DNA from: Meiothermus sp. | GTDB taxonomy: Bacteria > Deinococcota > Deinococci > Deinococcales > Thermaceae | DNA: 64,000 bases | Reading direction: 5' to 3' | Assembly (NCBI GenBank): GCA_033762915.1 | Contig: JANRLD010000010.1 | Location: forward strand, 1 to 64,000 | Shown here: one piece after another, positions 21,241 through 29,579 of the stretch | Numbering within the stretch: the stretch's first letter is position 1 | Layout: the number at the start of each line of letters is the position of its first letter | Made by a program: the position numbers and the translations under genes | Notes under the pieces: model-generated | The model's database searches: none | The model's input: the letters and a program-made list of their open reading frames with translations, nothing else | What the model was told of the DNA's origin: nothing

Positions 21241-22427
21241 GTTAAAGTCCTCCGGTCGGCGATCAGGCCCAGGATCACGCCCGCCACCAAGCCCCAAAAC
21301 GCGCTGCCCACGCCTAGAAACGTCACCTCCGAGGCGGTCAGCAGCAGCGTGAACAGCGCGGCCTCGCGGTACCTCGCGTCGCCAAACGCCCCCACCAGGC
21401 AGTTCTGGATGGTGCCCGAGAGTGCCAGCCCAGCCATCGCCGCGATGAGGGCCTTGGGCAGTGCGGCAAAGAACGCCACCATAGTCGCGCCGAACAGGCC
21501 CAGCGCGGTTTTGACAAGGCCCGCGACCACCCCCGTCGCGTAGCGCTTGGCGGGGTCGGGGTGCGCCTCGGGCGAGTTGCCCAGGGCGGCGGTGATGGCG
21601 GCGAGGGTTAGACCGTGCGAGAGCATCGGGGCCATGGCGGCGCTGAGCAAACCTGTCGACATCAGCGAACCCCTGGCGGGTGGGGCGTAGCCGAAGCTTT
21701 GCATCACCGCGAAGCCGGGCGCGTTTTGCGAGGCCAGGGCCAGCATCAGCAGCGGCAGCCCCAGCCCGATGATGGCTTGCAGGTTAAAGGTGGGCCACAC
21801 AAAGAGGGGCTGGGCCAACTCGAGCCGCAGCCCGCCGAAGTTCACCTGCCCCAGGGCCAGCGCCGCCCCCACACCCACCAGCAGCGCCAAGGCCATCGTA
21901 GCTTTCACGTTCATGGCCCGGAAAACCAGAAAGGCCGCCACCATCGCCAACACCACCACCGGCGAAGTGCTGAGGGCGGTAAACAGCCCCAAGCCAAACT
22001 TGAGCAGTACCCCGCCCAACACCGCCATCGCCACCGGCTGCGGAACCAGCCGCATGGCCCGTTCAAACAGCCCTGTCCAGCCCAGCAAGGCCACCATCAG
22101 CCCCGAAAACACGAAGGCCCCCACCGCGTCGGAGAGCCTGTAGTCGGCAAGGTGGGTGACCAGCAGGGCCAAACCCGGCGTAGACCAGGCGGTGATGACG
22201 GGCTGCTTGTACCACAGCGACAATCCCAGCGTGAGCAGGCCACTCCCCACGCAGATGGCCCAGACCCAGCTCGAGACCTCCGCGGGGCCGAGCTTGGCGT
22301 TCTGAGCCAGCGGGAACACCAGAACGAGAGAGCCGGTGAAGCCCACCACCACAATCAGCACACTGGCCGTCCAGACCGAGGCGGTGAGGGCGGAGGGCAG
22401 CTCGAGGAGCGCTTGTCGGAGTTTCAT
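21237..22427 (-). CDS. BenE-family (benzoate/H+ symporter-like) transporter
   Basis: AWSTPG, LASQNAPG, LAAITAA, GSAFWGL; polytopic membrane protein. Confidence 0.9.
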   Translation of the reverse strand: MKLRQALLELPSALTASVWTASVLIVVVGFTGSLVLVFPLAQNAKLGPAEVSSWVWAICVGSGLLTLGLSLWYKQPVITAWSTPGLALLVTHLADYRLSDAVGAFVFSGLMVALLGWTGLFERAMRLVPQPVAMAVLGGVLLKFGLGLFTALSTSPVVVLAMVAAFLVFRAMNVKATMALALLVGVGAALALGQVNFGGLRLELAQPLFVWPTFNLQAIIGLGLPLLMLALASQNAPGFAVMQSFGYAPPARGSLMSTGLLSAAMAPMLSHGLTLAAITAALGNSPEAHPDPAKRYATGVVAGLVKTALGLFGATMVAFFAALPKALIAAMAGLALSGTIQNCLVGAFGDARYREAALFTLLLTASEVTFLGVGSAFWGLVAGVILGLIADRRTLT

Positions 22428-22548
22428 AGACCTCTCGGAGTTGACGGATACCGATATGGGCGTGCCACTCGGCAGCCGCCTTTCGCGTCCCGCGCACAGG
22501 GCACGGTGCGAAGGCCGCCAGGTGCCTGCCACCCTAGACGCGTCGCGG

Positions 22549-23190
22549 TCATTCCAGGCTCCAGTTCTCGGCCAGCAGCGCCTTGGCTACCTCGAGGTCG
22601 CCCTTCTTCAGTGCCCTGATCAGCCGACCATGGTCGCGCACCGATCGACCGCCCAGCGAGGCCGAGCCGAAGTAGAGCCGCTCAAGCAGGGTGTACTTCC
22701 GCTTCAGCCCGGCCAGCATCGCAACGAGTTCGGGGTTCTGGCTGCGCCCGATAATGACGCCGTGCAGGCGCACATCAGCGCGCGTGGCGGCATCGGGGTC
22801 GCGGCGCTCGAGCGCGGCCTGCAGTTCCTGGTTGGCGGCATGCATCTCGGCAAAGTCTGCCTTGGTCAGGTGCGGCAGGGCCAGCTCCAGCGCCAGCAGC
22901 TCCAGCGCCCGCACGATCGGATAAATCTGCCGGGCTTGCTCGAGGTCGACCAGCTTGACCCGCGTCCAGCGGTTCTTGGCCGTCTCGACCAGGCCCTCGT
23001 CCTCCAGCCTGCGCAGCGCCTCGCGTACGGGGGTTCGACTCACCCCCAGCCGCTCGGCCAGCTCCTGGTCGCGCAAGACCTCCTCAGGCTCGAGCACGCC
23101 TGCGATGATCCAGTCGCGCAGCTGCTCATACACCGCCTCGCGCAGGATGGGGCGCTCGAGGGACTGGGCGGTTGTTGGTATGGGCATCAT
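22549..23190 (-). CDS. GntR-family regulator (FCD type)
   Basis: wHTH LAERLGVSRTPVREALRRLEDEGLV; C-terminal helical domain. Confidence 0.93.
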   Translation of the reverse strand: MMPIPTTAQSLERPILREAVYEQLRDWIIAGVLEPEEVLRDQELAERLGVSRTPVREALRRLEDEGLVETAKNRWTRVKLVDLEQARQIYPIVRALELLALELALPHLTKADFAEMHAANQELQAALERRDPDAATRADVRLHGVIIGRSQNPELVAMLAGLKRKYTLLERLYFGSASLGGRSVRDHGRLIRALKKGDLEVAKALLAENWSLE

Positions 23191-23288
23191 CGGCCTCTGT
23201 TTGGCGTGACAAGGTGGCTGGGCTTAGGTGGGTCGTGGCGTCCTGTGCAGCCCGGCGGCACCGGGCAGCCAGCCGTTGCTTCCCCGGC

Positions 23289-24671
23289 TCATCGGTTGCC
23301 GCCGATCGCCCCGGCCCGCTCCGCCGCCCGCAGAATCGCACCCAAACTCCGCTCGACGTCCACCGAAGTCGTGCGCCAGCTCGAGCAGCTCAGCCGCATG
23401 AACGTCCGCCCCTTCCACACCGTACCGCCCGCCCACAGCGTGCCGTCCTCCTGCACCGCCTTGATGACGCGCCTGGTGGTCTCCTCGTCGCCGAAGCCGA
23501 CCATAACCTGGTTGATGAAGACCTCGTGCGGCACCTCGAGGCCCGCCATGCGGAACCCCACCGCGAACTGCCGCGCATTGGCGCAGCAGCGCTCAATCAG
23601 ATCGCGCACGCCCCCCCGCCCCAGCTGCTTGAGGGCGGCCCAGACCTCAATGCCTCGAGCGCGGCGGCTGGCTTCGGGGGTGTATTCCAGGGGCTCCCGC
23701 TCGGCGGTCGCCTGCATCTGCAGGTACGGGGCGTTGGAGAGCGCGAAGGCCGAGCGCAGGGCTCTGGCGTCCTTCACGAACACGATCCCGCAGTCGTAAG
23801 GGGTGTTGAGCCACTTGTGCCCGTCGGTGGCCCAGGAGTCCGCCTGCTCGAGGCCCCTCACCAGGTGGGCGTACTCCGGCGAGGCCGCCGCCCACATCCC
23901 GAAGGCCCCGTCCACGTGTATCCAGGCCCCGTTGGCCCTGGCGCAGACCGCTGCGATGTCGTCGAAGGCCCCACTGTTGACGTTGCCCGCCTGCAGACAG
24001 ACCAGGGTATGCCCGTCGAGTTCGGGCAGCAGCTCGACCCGCATTCGGCCCTGCGGGTCGGTGGGTACTTTGTGCACCCGATTGCGCCCGAAGCCCACCA
24101 TCTGCAAGGCCTTGAATACCGTGCTATGTGACTCCTCGCAGACCACCACCTTGACCTCGGGCGCACCGAAGAGCCCGTCCTCCTCAGCGCTCCAGCCCTG
24201 GCGGCGCAGCAGCGCGTGGCGGGCAGCGGCGAGGGCCGAGAAATTGGCCATCGAAGCGCCCGTGACGAACGCGCCCGTGCTCCCCTCGGGCAGGCCGAAC
24301 AGCTCGATCAGCCAGCGCAAGGCCAGCTCCTCGAGCCTCGCCGCCACCGGCGAACCCGCCCGGGCCCCGTTGTTCTGATCCCAGGCCGTGCCCAAGAGCT
24401 TCGCCCCCAGCGCCGCGGGCAGCGCCCCGCCGGTCACGAAGCCGAAATAGCGCCCGCCCATGCTGGCAACCGTGTTGGGGGAACCCAGGCGGTGGAGCTG
24501 CTCGAGCACGCTCCGGACATCGGTCGGGCTGTGGGGCATCGGCTCGTCGAACTCCTCGAGCAACCGCAACTCCTCCGCGCCCGGAAAGACCCGCTGCTCG
24601 TGGACGCTTTGCAGATACTCCCTGACGTAGCTCGAGGCCCTGGATATGGCATCCTCAAAGTCGGCCCTCAT
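23289..24671 (-). CDS. Group II PLP-dependent amino acid decarboxylase
   Basis: RYFGFVTGG, TGASMAN, HVDGAFG, DSWATDGHKWLNTPY. Confidence 0.92.
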   Translation of the reverse strand: MRADFEDAISRASSYVREYLQSVHEQRVFPGAEELRLLEEFDEPMPHSPTDVRSVLEQLHRLGSPNTVASMGGRYFGFVTGGALPAALGAKLLGTAWDQNNGARAGSPVAARLEELALRWLIELFGLPEGSTGAFVTGASMANFSALAAARHALLRRQGWSAEEDGLFGAPEVKVVVCEESHSTVFKALQMVGFGRNRVHKVPTDPQGRMRVELLPELDGHTLVCLQAGNVNSGAFDDIAAVCARANGAWIHVDGAFGMWAAASPEYAHLVRGLEQADSWATDGHKWLNTPYDCGIVFVKDARALRSAFALSNAPYLQMQATAEREPLEYTPEASRRARGIEVWAALKQLGRGGVRDLIERCCANARQFAVGFRMAGLEVPHEVFINQVMVGFGDEETTRRVIKAVQEDGTLWAGGTVWKGRTFMRLSCSSWRTTSVDVERSLGAILRAAERAGAIGGNR

Positions 24672-24677
24672 AGTGGG

Positions 24678-24693
24678 ATGTAATATATCACAT
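24678..24693. promoter_or_regulatory. Putative GntR operator over the -10 region of the decarboxylase operon
   Basis: Near-perfect palindrome ATGTAATATATCACAT 6 nt upstream of the ATG. Confidence 0.65.
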
Positions 24694-24889
24694 ACGGGTT
24701 GCGTGGGATTGTGTGGCTGTGTTCGGGAAATGGTTACCTTCCGGGAATGCTTTTCCCGCCAACAGCCCATACCCCCAATCACCACAGCCGGTTCGCCCTG
24801 TTTCGGTAGCTTCCGCTTGTGCCCCTACTTTCCCTGGAGATGGTATTCATAGCACATACCGAACCTGTCCGACGGCTAAAGTCCAGACC

Positions 24890-24920
24890 GAAGCCCTCGA
24901 GCTGTGCACTCGAGGGCTTC
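24890..24920. terminator. Hairpin (possible terminator) built on two CTCGAG sites
   Basis: GAAGCCCTCGAG-CTGTGCA-CTCGAGGGCTTC. Confidence 0.45.
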
Positions 24921-25019
24921 TATTCTGATCAGCCCTAGGGCATGGCGTTGATGGCTTGAATGATCAGGTTGGTCTGGGCGTTGGTGAAACCACCCAAGCT
25001 GCCCCGAATCCTATTGACC

Positions 25020-25112
25020 TTCGCGTTTCCCACCATTCCCTCTCTCGAGGCGGCAGGTAATGTACTCCCTACAGCGGTTTTTGCCGTAGGGAGTATGCGT
25101 GGGAACCGCTCT
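25020..25112 (+). repeat. 93-bp two-hairpin MITE-like element, subfamily A
   Basis: Aligns without gaps to 53499-53591; right end TGGGAACCGCTCT; perfect hairpin TACTCCCTAC/GTAGGGAGTA. Confidence 0.85.
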
Positions 25113-25133
25113 CAGGGGTAAAACCTAACGGTG

Positions 25134-26210
25134 TTACGCACCCAAGAAAGCCCGCTCTACAAACCAGTACAAACCTGCCCCCACCGTGGCCACCGAAACC
25201 GCCCAACGTACACGGGCCTCCCAGGGAATGCGGCGAATCGCCCACAGCAGTAAGAACACCGGAATTACGAACACCAGCTGGCCCGCCTCCACGCCAAGGT
25301 TGAATCCCAGCACCGAGCCGAGCAGGTTGTCTTTAGGCAGTCCAATGTCGCCCAGAATCCCCGCAAAGCCCATCCCATGTAGCAGGCCGAAGAAGAACGT
25401 TACGACCCAGCGGGAGCGCTCGAGCTGCTTGGGATCCCGCCTAAACAGGTTCTCCGCCGCTACCCAAGCGATAGAGAGCGCGATACCGCTTTCGACCAAC
25501 TGCCCCGGCAGGTTTATCACGCCTGATGCAGTAAGAAAGAGCGTGATGGAGTGGGCCACGGTGAAGGCCGTAATCACTTTGAGCAGATAGCCCAAGCTGC
25601 CGCCCAACATCAGCAGGGCCAGCAGGAACAGCAGGTGATCCCAGCCCTCGAGGATATGCTGCATCCCCAACACAAAGAAACTCCACAGGTCGAAGCTGCG
25701 TCCGCTCGAGTCCTGCAGGTACTCGGTCTTCTCGGGGGTAAAGACCACGTTTTGCACCTTGCCGCCACGCAGCACGGTGGTGACGGCACTGGCAGTTGAA
25801 ACCCCCGGTACGAAGAGTTCATACCTTATTTTGAAAGCCCCAATGGGTTCTTGCCAGGCCGTTTTCAACACCACGGTGCTGTGGGTGTTGGGAGTGATGC
25901 GTGCGCCCTCCGCAACTCGAGTCGCGGCGGCCTCGGCCGTTAGTTCGCCCGCTTCGCCGCCCGAGATTAGGGCGATTTTTTCACCCAGCTTGGCCTGCAA
26001 CTCGGCTTGGTGATTGGCGACCTCCACCGCCGAGAGGTTGCCGTTTTTGTCGTCGTCGGCAAAGGCCATCAGACCCGTGGGGAAGGTCAGGGTCATTTGG
26101 GCTTCCCGCTCGCCCACGCTCACTTCCGCCACCGCCAGATCGGCCCAGTGGGCGTAGGCGGGCAGCGTTCCGAGGGTCCATACAACCAGGAGCCAGCGCA
26201 GCTTGTTCAT
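25134..26210 (-). CDS. HupE/UreJ-family membrane protein with extracytoplasmic N-terminal domain
   Basis: AYAH signal end; HILEGWDHLLF, TAFTVAHSITL, FGLLHGMGFA, FNLGVEAGQ. Confidence 0.9.
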   Translation of the reverse strand: MNKLRWLLVVWTLGTLPAYAHWADLAVAEVSVGEREAQMTLTFPTGLMAFADDDKNGNLSAVEVANHQAELQAKLGEKIALISGGEAGELTAEAAATRVAEGARITPNTHSTVVLKTAWQEPIGAFKIRYELFVPGVSTASAVTTVLRGGKVQNVVFTPEKTEYLQDSSGRSFDLWSFFVLGMQHILEGWDHLLFLLALLMLGGSLGYLLKVITAFTVAHSITLFLTASGVINLPGQLVESGIALSIAWVAAENLFRRDPKQLERSRWVVTFFFGLLHGMGFAGILGDIGLPKDNLLGSVLGFNLGVEAGQLVFVIPVFLLLWAIRRIPWEARVRWAVSVATVGAGLYWFVERAFLGA

Positions 26211-26213
26211 GCT

Positions 26214-27587
26214 TTACTCCTCGAGGCCCAACCAGCGGCGGGTCTTCGCATCGAAGCCCCTATCCGCCCGCTGGGCTTGGGCAAAGTACATAGCAGCTTG
26301 TTGTTGATTGCCCAGTTTTTGTTCAATTTGCCCCGCCCGATACAGCAGCTCGGCTTCCCGAATCCCCGCCTTTAGCGCGGCCTGAATGCTGCCCTGCGCG
26401 GCTGACAGTTGCCCGACCTTCATCTGCGCCCAAGCCAGCGTTGACAGGGTGTCCCAGTCCTGGCGGGTACGGGCCTCGGTTTGGGCCTGCTCGAGGGCTT
26501 CCTTCACGTCCTGCGGGCGGCCCCGTTCCAGGAGCATCCGCGCCAACTCGCGCCGGTGTCCATAGGCCCCGTTCCCGATCTCCAGGCGCAAGATGGCCTC
26601 GGTTTTGTCCCAAGCTACGGCTTCATCGGGGCTGCCTTGGGCCCGCTTCAAACGGGCCAGGCCGCGCATGGCCGAGTGGTCGTACACGGTGCCCGAACCC
26701 GCGCTCGAGTCGCCCTCGCCGGAGTGCAGGCCCAGTATCCGCTGATACAGCCGCTCGGCCTGACGGTAGCGGCCCTGGCGGCCTTCCAGGTCGGCCAACA
26801 GCAGCGTGGCCTGTGGGTAGTTGGGGGCAATCCGCAAGGCCTCTTGCAACAGGCTCCGGGCCAGCCCCAGATTGCCTCGGCGCACGTAGTGCCGACCCAA
26901 CAGGGTGCGGACTCGAGCCGAGCCGAAGAAGTCATCCGGCTGTTCAAACCTTATCGCCGCCGCAAAATCTGCGACTGCGGCCTCGTCGTGACCCAGACTT
27001 TCGTTCACCAAAGCCCGCAGGGTCAGGTTGGTAAGGCTGGGCAACAGCTCGACCAGCGGAGTCACGTCTTGTAAAGCCAATTGAGGCTGACCCAAAGCCA
27101 GCCGCACACCGGCCCGAAGCGAGAAGGCGCCGCTGTTGCGCGGCTCGGCCTTTAAGACCTCCTCGATCAGCTTCAAGGCCCCGTCAAAATCGTGCCGGGC
27201 TTGTAGGGCCTCGGCCAAGGTCAGCTTGGCGCCGCTGTTGAAAAAAGGCAACACCCCCAGCGAACGCGCAGCGGCCTGCTCGGCCAGCAGGTACGAGGCT
27301 CCCTGCCCGGTCACCCTGGCCTTTTTCATGTACGTCGCGGCAAGGGCGGCCAAGTCCAGGCCGCTCTGGGGGTTGCGGCTGAGGCGCTCGAGGTAAAAGG
27401 CGATCTCCTGTTGGTACGCCGAGGTGCGGGTCTGCTGACGTACCGGCAGCACCTCGGGGTAGGTATAGCCATATTGTCCAGCCGGATAGAAGCGCTCGCG
27501 CAGAACCAGCCAAACCCCGAGCGCCAGCAACACGGTCAAGCCGGCAATCAGGGCCAGTTGGAGGGGTCGGGGCTGGGGTGTGGTCAT
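26214..27587 (-). CDS. Tetratricopeptide repeat protein with N-terminal membrane anchor
   Basis: Repeated helical Ala/Leu-rich units (ALRIAPNY, LKAEPRN, LYRAGQI). Confidence 0.82.
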   Translation of the reverse strand: MTTPQPRPLQLALIAGLTVLLALGVWLVLRERFYPAGQYGYTYPEVLPVRQQTRTSAYQQEIAFYLERLSRNPQSGLDLAALAATYMKKARVTGQGASYLLAEQAAARSLGVLPFFNSGAKLTLAEALQARHDFDGALKLIEEVLKAEPRNSGAFSLRAGVRLALGQPQLALQDVTPLVELLPSLTNLTLRALVNESLGHDEAAVADFAAAIRFEQPDDFFGSARVRTLLGRHYVRRGNLGLARSLLQEALRIAPNYPQATLLLADLEGRQGRYRQAERLYQRILGLHSGEGDSSAGSGTVYDHSAMRGLARLKRAQGSPDEAVAWDKTEAILRLEIGNGAYGHRRELARMLLERGRPQDVKEALEQAQTEARTRQDWDTLSTLAWAQMKVGQLSAAQGSIQAALKAGIREAELLYRAGQIEQKLGNQQQAAMYFAQAQRADRGFDAKTRRWLGLEE

Positions 27588-27648
27588 CGGAAAACCTCGA
27601 GAAGTTAGAGGATCGGGAGCAGTAAGGACCAACTGGGGGTCGTGGTTC

Positions 27649-27744
27649 GGGCAGAGGACCGCGCACGGCTTTTCGCGGTTAGCGGTCAGCTTTGACCGGC
27701 AGCCAACGGCGAAGAGCCAAGCAGTTGTTCGCGGTCCTCTGCCC
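27649..27744. repeat. 96-nt long irregular hairpin
   Basis: Perfect 15-bp outer IR GGGCAGAGGACCGCG/CGCGGTCCTCTGCCC; inner GGCTTTTCGC/GCGAAGAGCC and CGGTCA/TGACCG. Confidence 0.75.
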
Positions 27745-27882
27745 TCTAAGTTGCGCCATAGTGAGATTGCAGGACTTCAGCACACCCTCATCAGCGAGCG
27801 GCTTGTGGGCGCAATTTCCCGATCTATCGGTGAGTGCGGATGCTGCAATTCCACTATGGAGATACCTAAACTCCGACTACGC

Positions 27883-29106
27883 TTAGTTGGGCTCGGCCAA
27901 GAAGGGGAAGTCAGCCAGCAGCGGCTTGTGGCGGGTACCGCCGGCGTTGGGGCCATCGTAGGAAACGTTGTCGCTCCTGACCGCGCCGTTGGACAGCACT
28001 TGCAAGGTGATGTCGATCACGTCGTCCTTGATTAGACGACCCCGGATGGGGCTGCCCAGCTTGTTGAGGGCGTTGGCGTAGCCGGAGGGGCCGGTCACGT
28101 CGATGCGCATCACGTCGGGCAGGAAGGCCCCCAGCAGGGCGTTGACGCGCTCCGGGGAGTTGCCCAGCAGCTTGAGCACGGTGGAGACCTCACCCACGAT
28201 GGGCGCTGCCGCTTCGCCGGCGGCTTTGTCGCCCTTCAGCACGGCGGCCTCGAAGTCGGGACCGACGGCGTTGAGGGTGTTGAGGTAGTCGTTGGTCAGG
28301 AGCAGGCCCTCGTTGACGGCAGGGCGGGCCAGGCGCTCAATCTGCACCCACTCGCCGGGCTTGGCCGGGTTGGGCACCGAGATGGTGGTCCAGAAGTCGA
28401 AGGTGGTGGCGATGGAGCCGGACTGAATCCACTCGAGGGGGGCCCGCACCGCGATGGCGTTGACGTTGTAGCCGGCGGTGAAGTCGTGGCCGGGATTGCG
28501 GAAGCCCACGCTGGGGCCGAGGCCGGCCAGACCGGCCCTTACGCGGAAGAACTGCTCCACGTCAAAGAAGAAGGGATCCTCGCGCAATCCGGCAAACACC
28601 GAGACCGAGCCGTTGTCCAGTCGCACCTCGTTGAGGGTGGGGCGGGCCGCGCCGCTCAGCGGGGTGGTCAGGATGGGCTGACCGGCGGTAGTGGTGGCAA
28701 CGGTCCGGGTCACGCCCGCGCGGCTGGCGGTGATGGTGATCGCCTGCCGTCCGCTGGCGTCGGGCTTGCCGAACTCGAAGCGGAAGAAACCGTCGGCTTC
28801 GCCGGTGGCCATCGCGTCCCGGTCCTGCACCCGGCTGAACTTGACCTCATAGCGCGCGCCGGTCGAGAAGTAGTACTGCTGCCGGGCCAGCGAGCGGGGG
28901 TTGGTATTCATCACGAACACGATGTTCCCGGCCGGGGCACCGGGCTTCTGGTCCTGCTCGCGAAATACGTAGAGGTCGGTGATGTTGAGCGACCGGGCCT
29001 TCATGTCGTTCTCGCCGTCGTCGTGGTCGGAGGCGGTGGCCACGAATGTCCCCACCGCTCCGAGCGCCAGCACCGCACCTGCCAAAAGCAACTTCAGGTT
29101 TTTCAT
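27883..29106 (-). CDS. DUF4331-domain secreted protein
   Basis: ASDHDD after signal peptide, NITDLYVF, VFAGLREDPFFFD, QIERLARPAVNE, GRLIKDDVID, FPFLA. Confidence 0.9.
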   Translation of the reverse strand: MKNLKLLLAGAVLALGAVGTFVATASDHDDGENDMKARSLNITDLYVFREQDQKPGAPAGNIVFVMNTNPRSLARQQYYFSTGARYEVKFSRVQDRDAMATGEADGFFRFEFGKPDASGRQAITITASRAGVTRTVATTTAGQPILTTPLSGAARPTLNEVRLDNGSVSVFAGLREDPFFFDVEQFFRVRAGLAGLGPSVGFRNPGHDFTAGYNVNAIAVRAPLEWIQSGSIATTFDFWTTISVPNPAKPGEWVQIERLARPAVNEGLLLTNDYLNTLNAVGPDFEAAVLKGDKAAGEAAAPIVGEVSTVLKLLGNSPERVNALLGAFLPDVMRIDVTGPSGYANALNKLGSPIRGRLIKDDVIDITLQVLSNGAVRSDNVSYDGPNAGGTRHKPLLADFPFLAEPN

Positions 29107-29579
29107 ACACTCTCCCCTTATTCAGACCCCGGGTCTCCCTCTGATCGGGTCTGAGCCTGTTGTAATCCTCGAGGTGTGACAAAAGCGTAAAAGCGGCTTT
29201 GCCCAAGGCTCCCTCCGGGGCAACGCCCGACCGGGCGCGAACCCCGCTCACCTTCTAGCTCAGAAAACACCCACCCCGCCGGGGCAGTGAAGGTTGGGCC
29301 TCGGCACCGGCATTCGGCGCCCAGCGAAGCTGCGGGCGATGGCCTCGAGGCCGGGAACCGGCCCGAGGGGCATGGACGGGCGCGAAAAGCCGGTGGCCGC
29401 CGCGAAATCTTTAGGCACAGCCCAAGTTCCACAAGTCCATCACCAAGGCCCTCGGATAACGGGCGGGGTGCAGTTAACGGTTGCCGCATGCAGAGCCTTG
29501 GCTTATGCCCTTCTAGGCTGGTAAGCAGCAAGGAGTCTTTGGGTAAGACAGGGTCTTGTGACTTGTGTAGGGGGTTAAA

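Noticed and set aside
24935..25036. 33-codon minus-strand ORF MVGNAKVNRIRGSLGGFTNAQTNLIIQAINAMP
   Set aside because: Start lies within the repeat element; may be a gene remnant but no family recognised.
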